Assembly: GCA_041666265.1 (NCBI GenBank)
Contig: JBAYHH010000001.1
Span: 72,056-136,055, forward strand
Origin: Candidatus Magasanikiibacteriota bacterium
GTDB lineage: Bacteria > Patescibacteriota > Patescibacteriia > Magasanikbacterales > GWA2-37-8
Direction: 5' to 3'
Length of the DNA stretch: 64,000 nucleotides
Under the pieces are notes generated by a model that was not told the origin of the DNA, did no database searches, and saw nothing but the letters and a program-made list of their open reading frames with translations. Made by a program: the position numbers and the translations under genes. Shown one piece after another: positions 19,476 to 27,769 of this stretch; the stretch's first letter is position 1, and each line of letters begins with the position of its first letter.

Positions 19476-21251
19476 ATGGCGAAATTAAAAGACACTCCAA
19501 AATTTGATCGACCACGAGAAAAATATATTGAAAAAGGTCCTGACGCGCTAACCGATAGCGAACTTTTGGCGATTTTACTTGGCAATGGCACAAAAGGCAT
19601 GAATGTAAAAGTCGTTGCGCAAAAAATTATAAAAAAATTTGGAACCAATCTGATAAATGTGTCGGTTGACGAACTGAAAGAAATTAAAGGAATTGGGCAA
19701 GCAAAGGCATTACAAATTGTTTCGGTGATTGCGTTGGCGAAACGACTGTTTGATAAGCAAAATGCGCCGGACAATTTAGTTTTATCTGCGCAAGACGCGG
19801 TAAAATTAGTGATAGAATTGAAAGATAAAAAACAAGAACACCTCGTTTGTTTGTATCTTAATGCTCGCAATGCCTTAATTAAAAAGGAAATTGTTTCCAT
19901 TGGAACGCTGGACAAAAGCATTGTTCATCCGCGTGATATTTTTGCATTGGGTTTAGAGTTGCATGCGGCCGGTGTTATTCTCATACACAATCATCCGTCC
20001 GGGGATGTTAGACCAAGCGAGCAGGATAAGCAAGTTGTCAAAAGAATTATTGAAGCTGGGCAGTTAATGGGTGTTAACGTCGTAGATTTTCTCATAGTGG
20101 CCAAGAATGCCACGCATAGCGTGTTGGGTGAAACCAGTAACACCAAGTTAGCCGACATCGAATATGTGGCCGAAGGATTGCAAGCGTCGTTGTTTAGTTT
20201 GCTAACGGAAACAAAGCAGGTTTATTTTTATGGAAACAATTTGATTGATACTTCGCCGACCAGCAGTAAAAGTTTTCGTTTCATTGATTTGTTTGCCGGC
20301 ATTGGCGGTATACGAATCGCTTTTGAACGCAATGGCGGTCAATGTGTTTTCACATCTGAATTTGATGAACCGTGCCAAGTAATGTATGAGGCAAATTTTG
20401 GAGATAAACCACATGGAGATATCACGAAAATTTCTGCCGATGAAATACCGGATCACGATATTTTAACTGGCGGTTTTCCCTGCCAAGCATTTAGTATAAT
20501 TGGAAAGAAACGTGGATTTGCGGATACTCGCGGCACTTTATTTTTTGATGTTGAAAGAATTTTAAAGGTGAAACAACCAAAAGCTTTTCTTCTGGAGAAT
20601 GTAAAACAGTTAACATCTCATGACGGGGGGCGCACATTTAAGATAATTATAGAATCTTTAAAAAATCTAGGGTATTATGTCCATTACAAAGTGCTTAACG
20701 GTCTTGACTTTGGTGTGCCACAAAGACGACAAAGGATAATGATAGTTGGTTTCAAAGAGAATTATCCTTTTGAATTTCCGAAGAGCGGATCGGATAACAA
20801 AACATTAGCCGATATTTTGGAACCGGACGGCAAAATTGATAAAAAACATTATCTAAGCGACAGTTTTCGGAAAAAATTGCAAGAAAGATTAAAAGAACAG
20901 GGCAAAAAGCCTGCACCCCAACCATCTGTTTGGCATGAGAATAAAGGTGGCAATATCGGGATGCACCCTTACTCGTGCGCGTTGAGAGCCAATGGATCTT
21001 ATAATTATTTGACAGTGAACGGAGAGCGACGACTTACACCAAGAGAAATGTTGCGTTTGCAAGGATTCCCAGATACTTTTAGAGTTGTTGTTCCGGATAC
21101 ACAAGTGAGAAAACAAGCGGGCAATAGTGTGGTTATTCCAAAAATTCAAGCAGTCGCGCGCGCTATGGTGGAAGCAATGAAACAGCCAGCAAGGGACGAA
21201 TCACATAAAGTTGGCTCATTAATTAATAAATCTGAAATAATTTATGCCTAA
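19476..21251 (+). CDS. RadC (HhH+JAB/MPN) fused to DNA (cytosine-5)-methyltransferase
   Basis: N-half RPREK, ELLAILL, GIGQAKA, VHPRD, HNHPSGD..PSEQD; C-half DLFAGIGG, GFPCQ, ENV, QRRQR, RLQGFP, GNSV; one continuous ORF. Confidence 0.92.
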   Translation: MAKLKDTPKFDRPREKYIEKGPDALTDSELLAILLGNGTKGMNVKVVAQKIIKKFGTNLINVSVDELKEIKGIGQAKALQIVSVIALAKRLFDKQNAPDNLVLSAQDAVKLVIELKDKKQEHLVCLYLNARNALIKKEIVSIGTLDKSIVHPRDIFALGLELHAAGVILIHNHPSGDVRPSEQDKQVVKRIIEAGQLMGVNVVDFLIVAKNATHSVLGETSNTKLADIEYVAEGLQASLFSLLTETKQVYFYGNNLIDTSPTSSKSFRFIDLFAGIGGIRIAFERNGGQCVFTSEFDEPCQVMYEANFGDKPHGDITKISADEIPDHDILTGGFPCQAFSIIGKKRGFADTRGTLFFDVERILKVKQPKAFLLENVKQLTSHDGGRTFKIIIESLKNLGYYVHYKVLNGLDFGVPQRRQRIMIVGFKENYPFEFPKSGSDNKTLADILEPDGKIDKKHYLSDSFRKKLQERLKEQGKKPAPQPSVWHENKGGNIGMHPYSCALRANGSYNYLTVNGERRLTPREMLRLQGFPDTFRVVVPDTQVRKQAGNSVVIPKIQAVARAMVEAMKQPARDESHKVGSLINKSEIIYA

Positions 21252-22302
21252 CATTAGAATGTCAAAAGAGGCGATAGATACAATTATCCGCAAGTCGCGC
21301 GTCCATTTGTATAAGCCAATCCAAATTGCCGAATTACTATATCATCACAGAATAGATAAAAAACGATGGGACCTGCTTGATCTGGAATCGTATCGCAATG
21401 TATCAAAAAGATGGCGCGACGAAGTGTCCAATCGTTTGGTTGGCAGAATTTGCACATCAAGTCAAAAATTTCAAGATAATATTTTTGATACAAACGCAAT
21501 GCCGCCCAAGTTGCTGCGCGATTTAGGTCTTTTCAATAAGCGACGCAATGGGTTCGTAGAAGCGTATATTTATAATGCCTTAAATGAAAGACTGTCATCG
21601 GTGCATGATGTAAACACTTACATTCACAAATCAACAGCGGTGAGTTTTGATTTAAAAAAGATAGTCGCTTTGTTTGAGTTGAGCCCGGGATTAAAAAGAA
21701 GTGTGGACAAAATTTATGAAATTCTTGTATATGCGTTATTTTCTACTATCGTAAGAGCTCTACGCGCCCAAATAACACTTGAAATTTTGAACGAAGACAA
21801 GCAGCTGCTTAAAGATTTTGAGTCCTTTATTAAAATGGTGATGGGTATTGATGCCAAGAATACAAAGATAATATTGCCTGCAGCTTTATATAGAGCCGGT
21901 GTCGCCAATGCCGCAGATAGAGGGTTGGATATGTGGGCAAATTTCGGTCTGGCTATTCAAGTTAAACATTTAACACTTACGCCGGAATTAATGGAGGATG
22001 TGGCGAATGAAATAGCGGCGGATAGAATGGTTGTGGTTTGTATAGATTCCGAGAAAGAGGCCATAAATAATTTATTATCGCAAGTTGGTTGGGGAGAAAA
22101 AATCCATGGGATTATCACCATTGATGATCTGGATCAATGGTATAAAATTTGTCTTAGCGATAAGTATAGAAGTAATTTAGGTAAAAATTTATTGAAGGAT
22201 GTTGAAAGAGAGTTTGGTCTGGAATTCCCATCAAATTCTGAATTGATTCCATTTATAAACGAACGCGGATACGCGAAATTTAAGACGGATTTTAAATGGT
22301 AA
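21244..22302 (+). CDS. Type II restriction endonuclease, HaeII family (probable RGCGCY specificity)
   Basis: KSRVHLYKPIQIAE and NAADRGLDMWANFG.AIQVKH match recalled HaeII-family sequences; overlaps the MTase stop. Confidence 0.85.
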   Translation: MPNIRMSKEAIDTIIRKSRVHLYKPIQIAELLYHHRIDKKRWDLLDLESYRNVSKRWRDEVSNRLVGRICTSSQKFQDNIFDTNAMPPKLLRDLGLFNKRRNGFVEAYIYNALNERLSSVHDVNTYIHKSTAVSFDLKKIVALFELSPGLKRSVDKIYEILVYALFSTIVRALRAQITLEILNEDKQLLKDFESFIKMVMGIDAKNTKIILPAALYRAGVANAADRGLDMWANFGLAIQVKHLTLTPELMEDVANEIAADRMVVVCIDSEKEAINNLLSQVGWGEKIHGIITIDDLDQWYKICLSDKYRSNLGKNLLKDVEREFGLEFPSNSELIPFINERGYAKFKTDFKW

Positions 22303-22317
22303 AGTATAAATTGTCAA
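22289..22317 (-). promoter_or_regulatory. Sigma70-type promoter firing antisense into the restriction endonuclease gene
   Basis: Minus strand TTGACA (22317-22312), 17 bp, TAAAAT (22294-22289). Confidence 0.55.
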
Positions 22318-22346
22318 ACACATTGATGATGAATGGTTGTTTAAAT

Positions 22347-22445
22347 AAAAAACAACCCCTTGCGGGGATGTTTCCAACCTTGTTTCCTAGACTGGTGACC
22401 CAGCCACGCCACCATCCGGTGACAGTTCGGAGAACAGGTTTTTGT
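22347..22445 (-). ncRNA. Candidate structured small RNA (~99 nt)
   Basis: Perfect promoter upstream, basal stem plus two hairpins, then GCAA-loop terminator with U-tract; no credible ORF. Confidence 0.65.
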
Positions 22446-22451
22446 AATGCT

Positions 22452-22480
22452 ATTATATACTGCAAACAAGCACTTGTCAA
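22452..22480 (-). promoter_or_regulatory. Consensus sigma70 promoter
   Basis: TTGACA-AGTGCTTGTTTGCAGTA(17)-TATAAT on the minus strand. Confidence 0.85.
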
Positions 22481-22539
22481 TAGAAAATTTTGATATTTTA
22501 TCTAATATTAGCCAAAAGGGGCTGTGGATAAGTAATAAT

Positions 22540-23301
22540 ATGTCCGAATATTACACCCCTCAACGCACTAAAAATTTATACGACCCAAAATCACTGGACT
22601 CTTTTAAACTCTCGCGTTCCAAGATAGATTTGTTTTTAGAGTGTCCGCGTTGTTTTTATTTAGACCGTCGTTTAGGTGTGGGCCGACCGCCCGGATTTCC
22701 ATTTGCACTTAATTCGGCTGTGGATAAGTTGCTCAAGAAGGAATTTGATATCCACCGTGCTAAAAAACAGGCGCATCCATTGATAACCCACTACGGCGTT
22801 GACGCAGTGCCAATCGCGCACAAAGATTTGGATATCTGGCGTGAAAATTTTAAAGGCATACAATATTTACACGAGCCAACCAATTTGGTTATCACCGGCG
22901 CTATTGATGATCTCTGGCAAAATTCAAAAGGGGAGTATATTGTGGTGGATTATAAGTCCACATCCAAGGACGAAGATATTACCGAGCTTAATAAAGATTG
23001 GCAAGGCGGCTATAAGCGCCAAATGGAGGTGTACCAGTGGCTATTACGCCGGAATGGATATAAAGTGTCTAAGACTGGGTATTTTGTTTATTGCAATGGC
23101 CAAACCGACCGCAAGGCGTTTGATGCTAAGTTGGAATTTGATATCACTTTAATTGCCTACAAGGGCGATGATTCTTGGGTGGATAAAGCTGTTATTGGCG
23201 CGCATAAGTGTTTGAATGGCAATAAAATTCCAAAATCCGGCGCGGATTGCGATTATTGTGCGTATGTACAGGCGGTAGAAAGTAAAACATTGTTGACTTA
23301 G
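22540..23301 (+). CDS. Stand-alone PD-(D/E)XK nuclease, RecB/Cas4-like
   Basis: LSRSKI..F.ECPRCF, GAIDD, VDYKST, QMEVY, C-terminal CDYC; likely start ATG 22540. Confidence 0.85.
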   Translation: MSEYYTPQRTKNLYDPKSLDSFKLSRSKIDLFLECPRCFYLDRRLGVGRPPGFPFALNSAVDKLLKKEFDIHRAKKQAHPLITHYGVDAVPIAHKDLDIWRENFKGIQYLHEPTNLVITGAIDDLWQNSKGEYIVVDYKSTSKDEDITELNKDWQGGYKRQMEVYQWLLRRNGYKVSKTGYFVYCNGQTDRKAFDAKLEFDITLIAYKGDDSWVDKAVIGAHKCLNGNKIPKSGADCDYCAYVQAVESKTLLT

Positions 23302-23321
23302 TGCGTTATTTTTAGTATTAT
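23293..23321 (+). promoter_or_regulatory. Sigma70 promoter for structured RNA and tRNA-Thr
   Basis: TTGACT-17 bp-TATTAT. Confidence 0.7.
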
Positions 23322-23327
23322 CCTATC

Positions 23328-23413
23328 GAGTCGTATTTGTGAAATCGTCGGATCCGAGCCGTTATCGGTATTTTTCGTAAAAATGGGTTCTAACTTTTTC
23401 ATAAATACAGCTC
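23328..23413 (+). ncRNA. Candidate structured RNA or tRNA leader (86 nt)
   Basis: 5' GAGUCGUAUUUGUGAAA pairs with 3' UUUCAUAAAUACAGCUC; inner stem plus two hairpins; begins at the predicted TSS. Confidence 0.55.
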
Positions 23414-23417
23414 CAAC

Positions 23418-23490
23418 GCCGCCTTAGCTCAGTTGGTAGAGCGACACATTCGTAACGTGTAGGTCTCGGGTTCGATTCCCGAAGGCGGCT
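23418..23490 (+). tRNA. tRNA-Thr(CGU)
   Basis: GCCGCCT...AGGCGGC-T cloverleaf; loop TTCGTAA. Confidence 0.93.
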
Positions 23491-23568
23491 CGATTTATAC
23501 ACAGCGCCATCTTGCCGATTGGCTTTTTTTGTTTTTGAATGTGTGGTATAATAATATCATTACTGCTT

Positions 23569-24249
23569 ATGATTAATCTCAAAAATGTCACTAAGATTTA
23601 CCCGACCGGCACGGTTGCTTTGCGCAATCTAAATTTGCATGTGGCGCCGGGCGAATTTTTATCGGTTATCGGTCAGAGCGGGAGCGGCAAGACTACTCTC
23701 GTGAAATTACTCATTGTCGAAGAGCGGCCGGACAAGGGTCAAATTTCGATTGGCGATTGGGATATTGACCGCATCAGTTTTAGCGAAGTGCCATTTTTGC
23801 GTCGGCAGATTGGCGTTATTTTTCAGGATTACAAATTGTTGCCGCAAAAAACCATTTTAGAAAATGTGGCGTTTGCGCTTGAGGTGGCCGGAGAACCGCA
23901 AAAACACATTCATCAGGTTGTTCCCCAAGTACTTGAAATCGTTGGTTTGCACAAAAAAGCCAAACATTATCCGACTCAACTTTCCGGTGGCGAGCAACAA
24001 CGCGTGGCGATCGCGCGGTCACTCGTGCATCGCCCCAAGATTATCATCGCCGATGAGCCGACCGGAAATTTAGACACGATCAACACCGAGGAAATTATTG
24101 AGATTTTGAAAAAAATCAACGAAGTCGGCACCACTATTTTACTTTTTACCCACAACCGCGAGATCGTCAATCGTCTGCGCCGGCGCGTGATCACGCTCCA
24201 CAATGGCGAGATCACCATGGATCAAGCGGAAGGGAAATATGTTCTCTAA
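23569..24249 (+). CDS. ftsE: Cell division ABC ATPase FtsE
   Basis: GQSGSGKTT, LRRQIGVIFQDYKLL, LSGGEQQR, ADEPTGNLD. Confidence 0.93.
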   Translation: MINLKNVTKIYPTGTVALRNLNLHVAPGEFLSVIGQSGSGKTTLVKLLIVEERPDKGQISIGDWDIDRISFSEVPFLRRQIGVIFQDYKLLPQKTILENVAFALEVAGEPQKHIHQVVPQVLEIVGLHKKAKHYPTQLSGGEQQRVAIARSLVHRPKIIIADEPTGNLDTINTEEIIEILKKINEVGTTILLFTHNREIVNRLRRRVITLHNGEITMDQAEGKYVL

Positions 24250-24250
24250 T

Positions 24251-25159
24251 ATGCTATCACTTTGGCGCATTATCAAATCCGCTTTTCAAGATATGGCTCG
24301 CAATATCGGGTTGTCTTTTATGACGATCTTGATGTTGGTTTTGATGCTCCTGTCGGTCAATGTTTTACTGGCGGTGGACAATGTCACCAAAGAGGCGGTG
24401 CGACTGGTAAAAGATCAGGTAAATGTGAGTCTGTATTTTGCTGCTGACGCGGGCGACAAAGACATTGGCGAGGTGCGTAATTATATCAGCGAATTTCCCG
24501 AGGTGATTGATGTGAAATTGCTCACGCGCGAGGAGGTTTTGAGTTCGTTTCAAAATCGCCACAAAGCCAGCCCCGAGGTTCAGCAGGCGCTCATCGAGCT
24601 CGGTGCCAATCCGTTTGGTCCGACGATGATCATCAAAACCAAAGAACCGGGTGACTACAAGAAAATTTTTGAGGCGATCAATGTGCCGGAATACGAGCAT
24701 TTTATCGAGGCCAAAAGTTTTGATGGCAATGAAGAAGCCATCAGTCGTATTCAAAATATCACCAATCGCGTCGAGCGCATCGGGTTTGGGTTGTCGGCGT
24801 TATTCGCGGTCATCGCGTTTTTTATTATTTTCAATACCGTGCGCGTGACCATCAGTTCCCAAAAAATCGAAATAAGCATCAAAAGACTGGTGGGGGCGAG
24901 CACCTGGTTTATTCGCGGGCCGTATTTGGTGGAGTCGTTGGTATTTACTTTGGTGGCGGTCGGGCTAACGATCGCTTTGATTTATCTGGGTTTGCAGTGG
25001 GTCGATCCGTATTTGACGGTGGTTTTTCCGAGCGGGTTCTCCTTGACAAATTATTATAATTCGCATATCCTGTATGTGTTTGGCATCCAGGCAATTGCGG
25101 TCTTGCTTCTGACGATAGCGAGCAGTGGCCTGGCCATGCGCAGACAGCTAAAGGTGTAA
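24251..25159 (+). CDS. ftsX: Cell division permease-like protein FtsX
   Basis: Follows ftsE; EISIKRLVGASTWFIRGPY; 4 TM layout. Confidence 0.92.
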   Translation: MLSLWRIIKSAFQDMARNIGLSFMTILMLVLMLLSVNVLLAVDNVTKEAVRLVKDQVNVSLYFAADAGDKDIGEVRNYISEFPEVIDVKLLTREEVLSSFQNRHKASPEVQQALIELGANPFGPTMIIKTKEPGDYKKIFEAINVPEYEHFIEAKSFDGNEEAISRIQNITNRVERIGFGLSALFAVIAFFIIFNTVRVTISSQKIEISIKRLVGASTWFIRGPYLVESLVFTLVAVGLTIALIYLGLQWVDPYLTVVFPSGFSLTNYYNSHILYVFGIQAIAVLLLTIASSGLAMRRQLKV

Positions 25160-25163
25160 AAAT

Positions 25164-25234
25164 TCCGGGGTCGTCCAACGGCAAGACAGCGGGCTTTGAA
25201 TCCGTTTATCCTGGTTCGAATCCAGGCCCCGGAA
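25164..25234 (+). tRNA. tRNA-Gln(UUG)
   Basis: TCCGGGG...CCCCGGA-A; loop CTTTGAA. Confidence 0.92.
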
Positions 25235-25244
25235 CAATGGGAAT

Positions 25245-25272
25245 AAAAAAGGCGAACCGCAGGGTTCGCCGT
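25245..25272 (-). terminator. Intrinsic terminator for the minus-strand small ORF
   Basis: GGCGAACC-CTGC-GGTTCGCC-TTTTTT on the minus strand. Confidence 0.75.
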
Positions 25273-25287
25273 TGTGTTGGCGGCCGA

Positions 25288-25479
25288 TTAGGCCGCTTTT
25301 CGGTGTTCGAATATTTCTTCGTAGACAACCGGCCGACAAGCGGCCATTTCGTCCGCGAAAAAATTTCGGGCTCCGGGCGTCCACTCGTCGCTGGTTTGGA
25401 GCCAGCACTCGCGGACGAAATCATCGCTCGCTTCGCGCGAGCGGATGAGCCCAAGCAGTTGATAAAATGTCACCTTCAT
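25288..25479 (-). CDS. Small hypothetical protein (63 aa, MKVTFYQLL...)
   Basis: GGAGG 6-7 nt before ATG, TTGACA-17-TATATT promoter, downstream terminator. Confidence 0.7.
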   Translation of the reverse strand: MKVTFYQLLGLIRSREASDDFVRECWLQTSDEWTPGARNFFADEMAACRPVVYEEIFEHRKAA

Positions 25480-25585
25480 TTTTTTCCTCCCCAGGAAAAT
25501 TCGCGTGCCCCGTGCGCGCGACTCTTGAATATAGCACAAAATACCAAATTTGTCAAGATACCCGCTTTTTGCTAAAATATACCCC

Positions 25586-26287
25586 ATGGAAACCACAAAA
25601 ATAAAATTTGGCAAATCAGAGTTTACCTTGCATTTGCGTGACGAGGCGGACATTTCCGTGATGCGCGAGATTTTTAAGTTGCGCGAATATCGCATCGCCG
25701 AAGAAGCGATCAAATCCGCCGCCGACCCAATATTTGACATTGGCGCTCACGCTGGATTTTTTAGTATATATTGTCGGGCGCTCAACCACCAAGTCGAGAT
25801 TGTTGCGCTCGAGCCCGAGCCTGATAATGTGAAAATATTTAAACAACACCTCAAAGATAATAAAATTGCGGGTGTGAAAGTTATTTCCGGCGCGTTGGCC
25901 GGTCAAACAGGGGATAGATGGTTGCGAATTTCTATTGACAGTCATAATCATGCCTTGACGGACAGCCCAACGGTCAGTGAATCGGCATCCATCAAAGTTC
26001 ACGCGTTTTCTTTGCGTGATTTTTGTAAAAATGAGAAAGTCAAAAAAATATCACTTTTAAAAATGGATATTGAAGGCGGGGAATACGAAGTGCTCGAAAA
26101 TCTCACCCCGAGCGATTATCGTCTGTTCAAATACGCAATTTTGGAGTATCATGATAGTCAGAGACGAAATTTCAGGGTGTTGGAAAAATTATTGCGGGAA
26201 AACGGTTTTGGGGTGCAGATATTTCCATCCAAATTTGATAAAAACATGGGATTTATTTTTGCTTCTAACAAAAGAGGGGTTGTATGA
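25586..26287 (+). CDS. FkbM-family SAM methyltransferase
   Basis: DIGAHAG, ALEP, LLKMDIEGGE. Confidence 0.9.
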   Translation: METTKIKFGKSEFTLHLRDEADISVMREIFKLREYRIAEEAIKSAADPIFDIGAHAGFFSIYCRALNHQVEIVALEPEPDNVKIFKQHLKDNKIAGVKVISGALAGQTGDRWLRISIDSHNHALTDSPTVSESASIKVHAFSLRDFCKNEKVKKISLLKMDIEGGEYEVLENLTPSDYRLFKYAILEYHDSQRRNFRVLEKLLRENGFGVQIFPSKFDKNMGFIFASNKRGVV

Positions 26288-27606
26288 TCGAAAAAGCTTG
26301 GATCGTCACGGTCGACATGGGCTATGGGCATCAGCGCGCCGCCTATCCTTTGCGCGGTTTGTCTCCGACCGGTAAAGTCATCGTAGCCAATAATTACGCC
26401 GGTATTCCCAATAGCGATCGGCGCATTTGGGAATCTTCGCGCAAATTTTATGAATTTGTTTCTCGATTTACCAATATTCCCTTGATCGGGCGCCGACTTT
26501 TTAAATTTTATGATCAGATCCAAAAAATTCCCGAGTTTTATCCGCGCCGAGACATGTCCAATCCGAGCTTACAGGTGCGTCAGATGTATCGGCTGATTGA
26601 TACTGGTTGGGGTAAAAATTTAATCGAGTATCTAAACACTGAAAATGTGCCATTGATTACAACTTTTTTTACCGTGGCATTCATGGCGGAGGAACACAAA
26701 TTTAAAAATGATATTTATTGCGCGCTTTGCGACGCGGATATTTCTCGCACCTGGGTCGGTCTTCATCCCCATAAAAGCCGGATCAAGTATCTGGCTCCCT
26801 GTCGGCGCGTAGTGGAGAGGTTGAAATTATACGGTGTTAAGCCGGAAAATATTTTTTTAACCGGCTTTCCCTTGCCCGAAGAAAATTTAGGCCGAGAATT
26901 AGACGCTCTTAAAAATGATTTGGCCGAACGCATCGTTAATCTCGATCCCGAGCATCGCTATCGCTATAAATACGGCGAGACCGTGAAGCATTTTCTCGAA
27001 GGAATAAAAATTAATGCTCATCACCACCATCCATTGACCATCACCTTTGCGGTGGGTGGAGCCGGAGCGCAAAAAAATTTAGCATCCGATATTTTACGGA
27101 GTTTGCGCAAAAAATTACTTAAAGGAGAAGTTAATTTAAATTTGGTTGCCGGTGTGCGCAATGATGTTTATTTGTATTTCAAAAAAGAGATTGCGCGACT
27201 GAAACTCAACAAAGTTTTTGGCGAGAATCTAAATATTTTGTTTTCACCGGACAAAGAAGATTATTTTACCAAGCTTAATGCTTGCCTGCGTTCGACTGAT
27301 ATTTTTTGGACCAAACCGAGCGAATTGGTGTTTTATAGCGCCCTGGGCCTGCCGATCGTGATGGCGCCGTCAGTGGGGTCCCAGGAGGACTTCAATCGGC
27401 TGTGGCTAAAGACCATAGGGGCCGGAATATCGCAAAATAACCCCCGCTACACGCACGAATGGCTGTTTGATTGGATTCGGTCCGGTTGGCTGGCCGAAGC
27501 CGCTATGGCGGGCTTTTTGGATGGCCGGCAGTGGGGTGTGCACAACATCAAGCAGGTGGTATTTCACGGGGTCAAAGAACCGGCCAAAAACCATCAATTA
27601 TTGTAA
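26284..27606 (+). CDS. GT-B fold glycosyltransferase-like protein (MGDG synthase/MurG-like)
   Basis: DMGYGHQRAA, TGFPL, GGAG, TKPSE, GSQE. Confidence 0.65.
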   Translation: MIEKAWIVTVDMGYGHQRAAYPLRGLSPTGKVIVANNYAGIPNSDRRIWESSRKFYEFVSRFTNIPLIGRRLFKFYDQIQKIPEFYPRRDMSNPSLQVRQMYRLIDTGWGKNLIEYLNTENVPLITTFFTVAFMAEEHKFKNDIYCALCDADISRTWVGLHPHKSRIKYLAPCRRVVERLKLYGVKPENIFLTGFPLPEENLGRELDALKNDLAERIVNLDPEHRYRYKYGETVKHFLEGIKINAHHHHPLTITFAVGGAGAQKNLASDILRSLRKKLLKGEVNLNLVAGVRNDVYLYFKKEIARLKLNKVFGENLNILFSPDKEDYFTKLNACLRSTDIFWTKPSELVFYSALGLPIVMAPSVGSQEDFNRLWLKTIGAGISQNNPRYTHEWLFDWIRSGWLAEAAMAGFLDGRQWGVHNIKQVVFHGVKEPAKNHQLL

Positions 27607-27616
27607 GTTTAAAAAT

Positions 27617-27649
27617 AAAAAACGGTGGCGATAAGCCATCGTTTTTTTT
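27617..27649 (+). terminator. Intrinsic terminator
   Basis: AAAAAACGGTGGC-GATAA-GCCATCGTTTTTTTT. Confidence 0.75.
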
Positions 27650-27709
27650 GTTCACTACTTTTGAAAAAATACGAACGGATTTTACCGAAAATATGGGGTG
27701 AACCCACAT

Positions 27710-27769
27710 ATTTGCTTCGCTCGCTCGGAAATGAAAATTAATTTTCATTTCCGAGCGAGCGAAGCAAAT
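27710..27769. repeat. 60-bp perfect spacerless palindrome
   Basis: ATTTGCTTCGCTCGCTCGGAAATGAAAATT followed directly by its exact reverse complement. Confidence 0.95.

Larger units (their letters stand above)
19151..23417. mobile_element. Accessory defence islet between tRNA-Gly and tRNA-Thr (no integrase gene present)
   Basis: R-M genes and a nuclease directly 3' of tRNA-Gly; R-M part visibly more AT-rich than flanks; boundaries approximate. Confidence 0.55.

Noticed and set aside
19259-22302. Apparent absence of RGCGCY sites in the R-M genes
   Set aside because: Only about one site would be expected in 3 kb of AT-rich DNA, so absence is uninformative; sites are common elsewhere in the window
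22292-22493. 62-65 aa ORFs on both strands over the sRNA region
   Set aside because: Starts lie inside the promoter or the REase end, no SD, and both run through a terminator
22540-23301. Cas4-like gene as evidence for a CRISPR locus
   Set aside because: No repeat-spacer array and no other cas genes seen anywhere in the window
19148-23495. GCTCGATT shared at the 3' ends of tRNA-Gly and tRNA-Thr as an att direct repeat
   Set aside because: Only 8 bp, partly tRNA-constrained, and both tRNAs are complete and different
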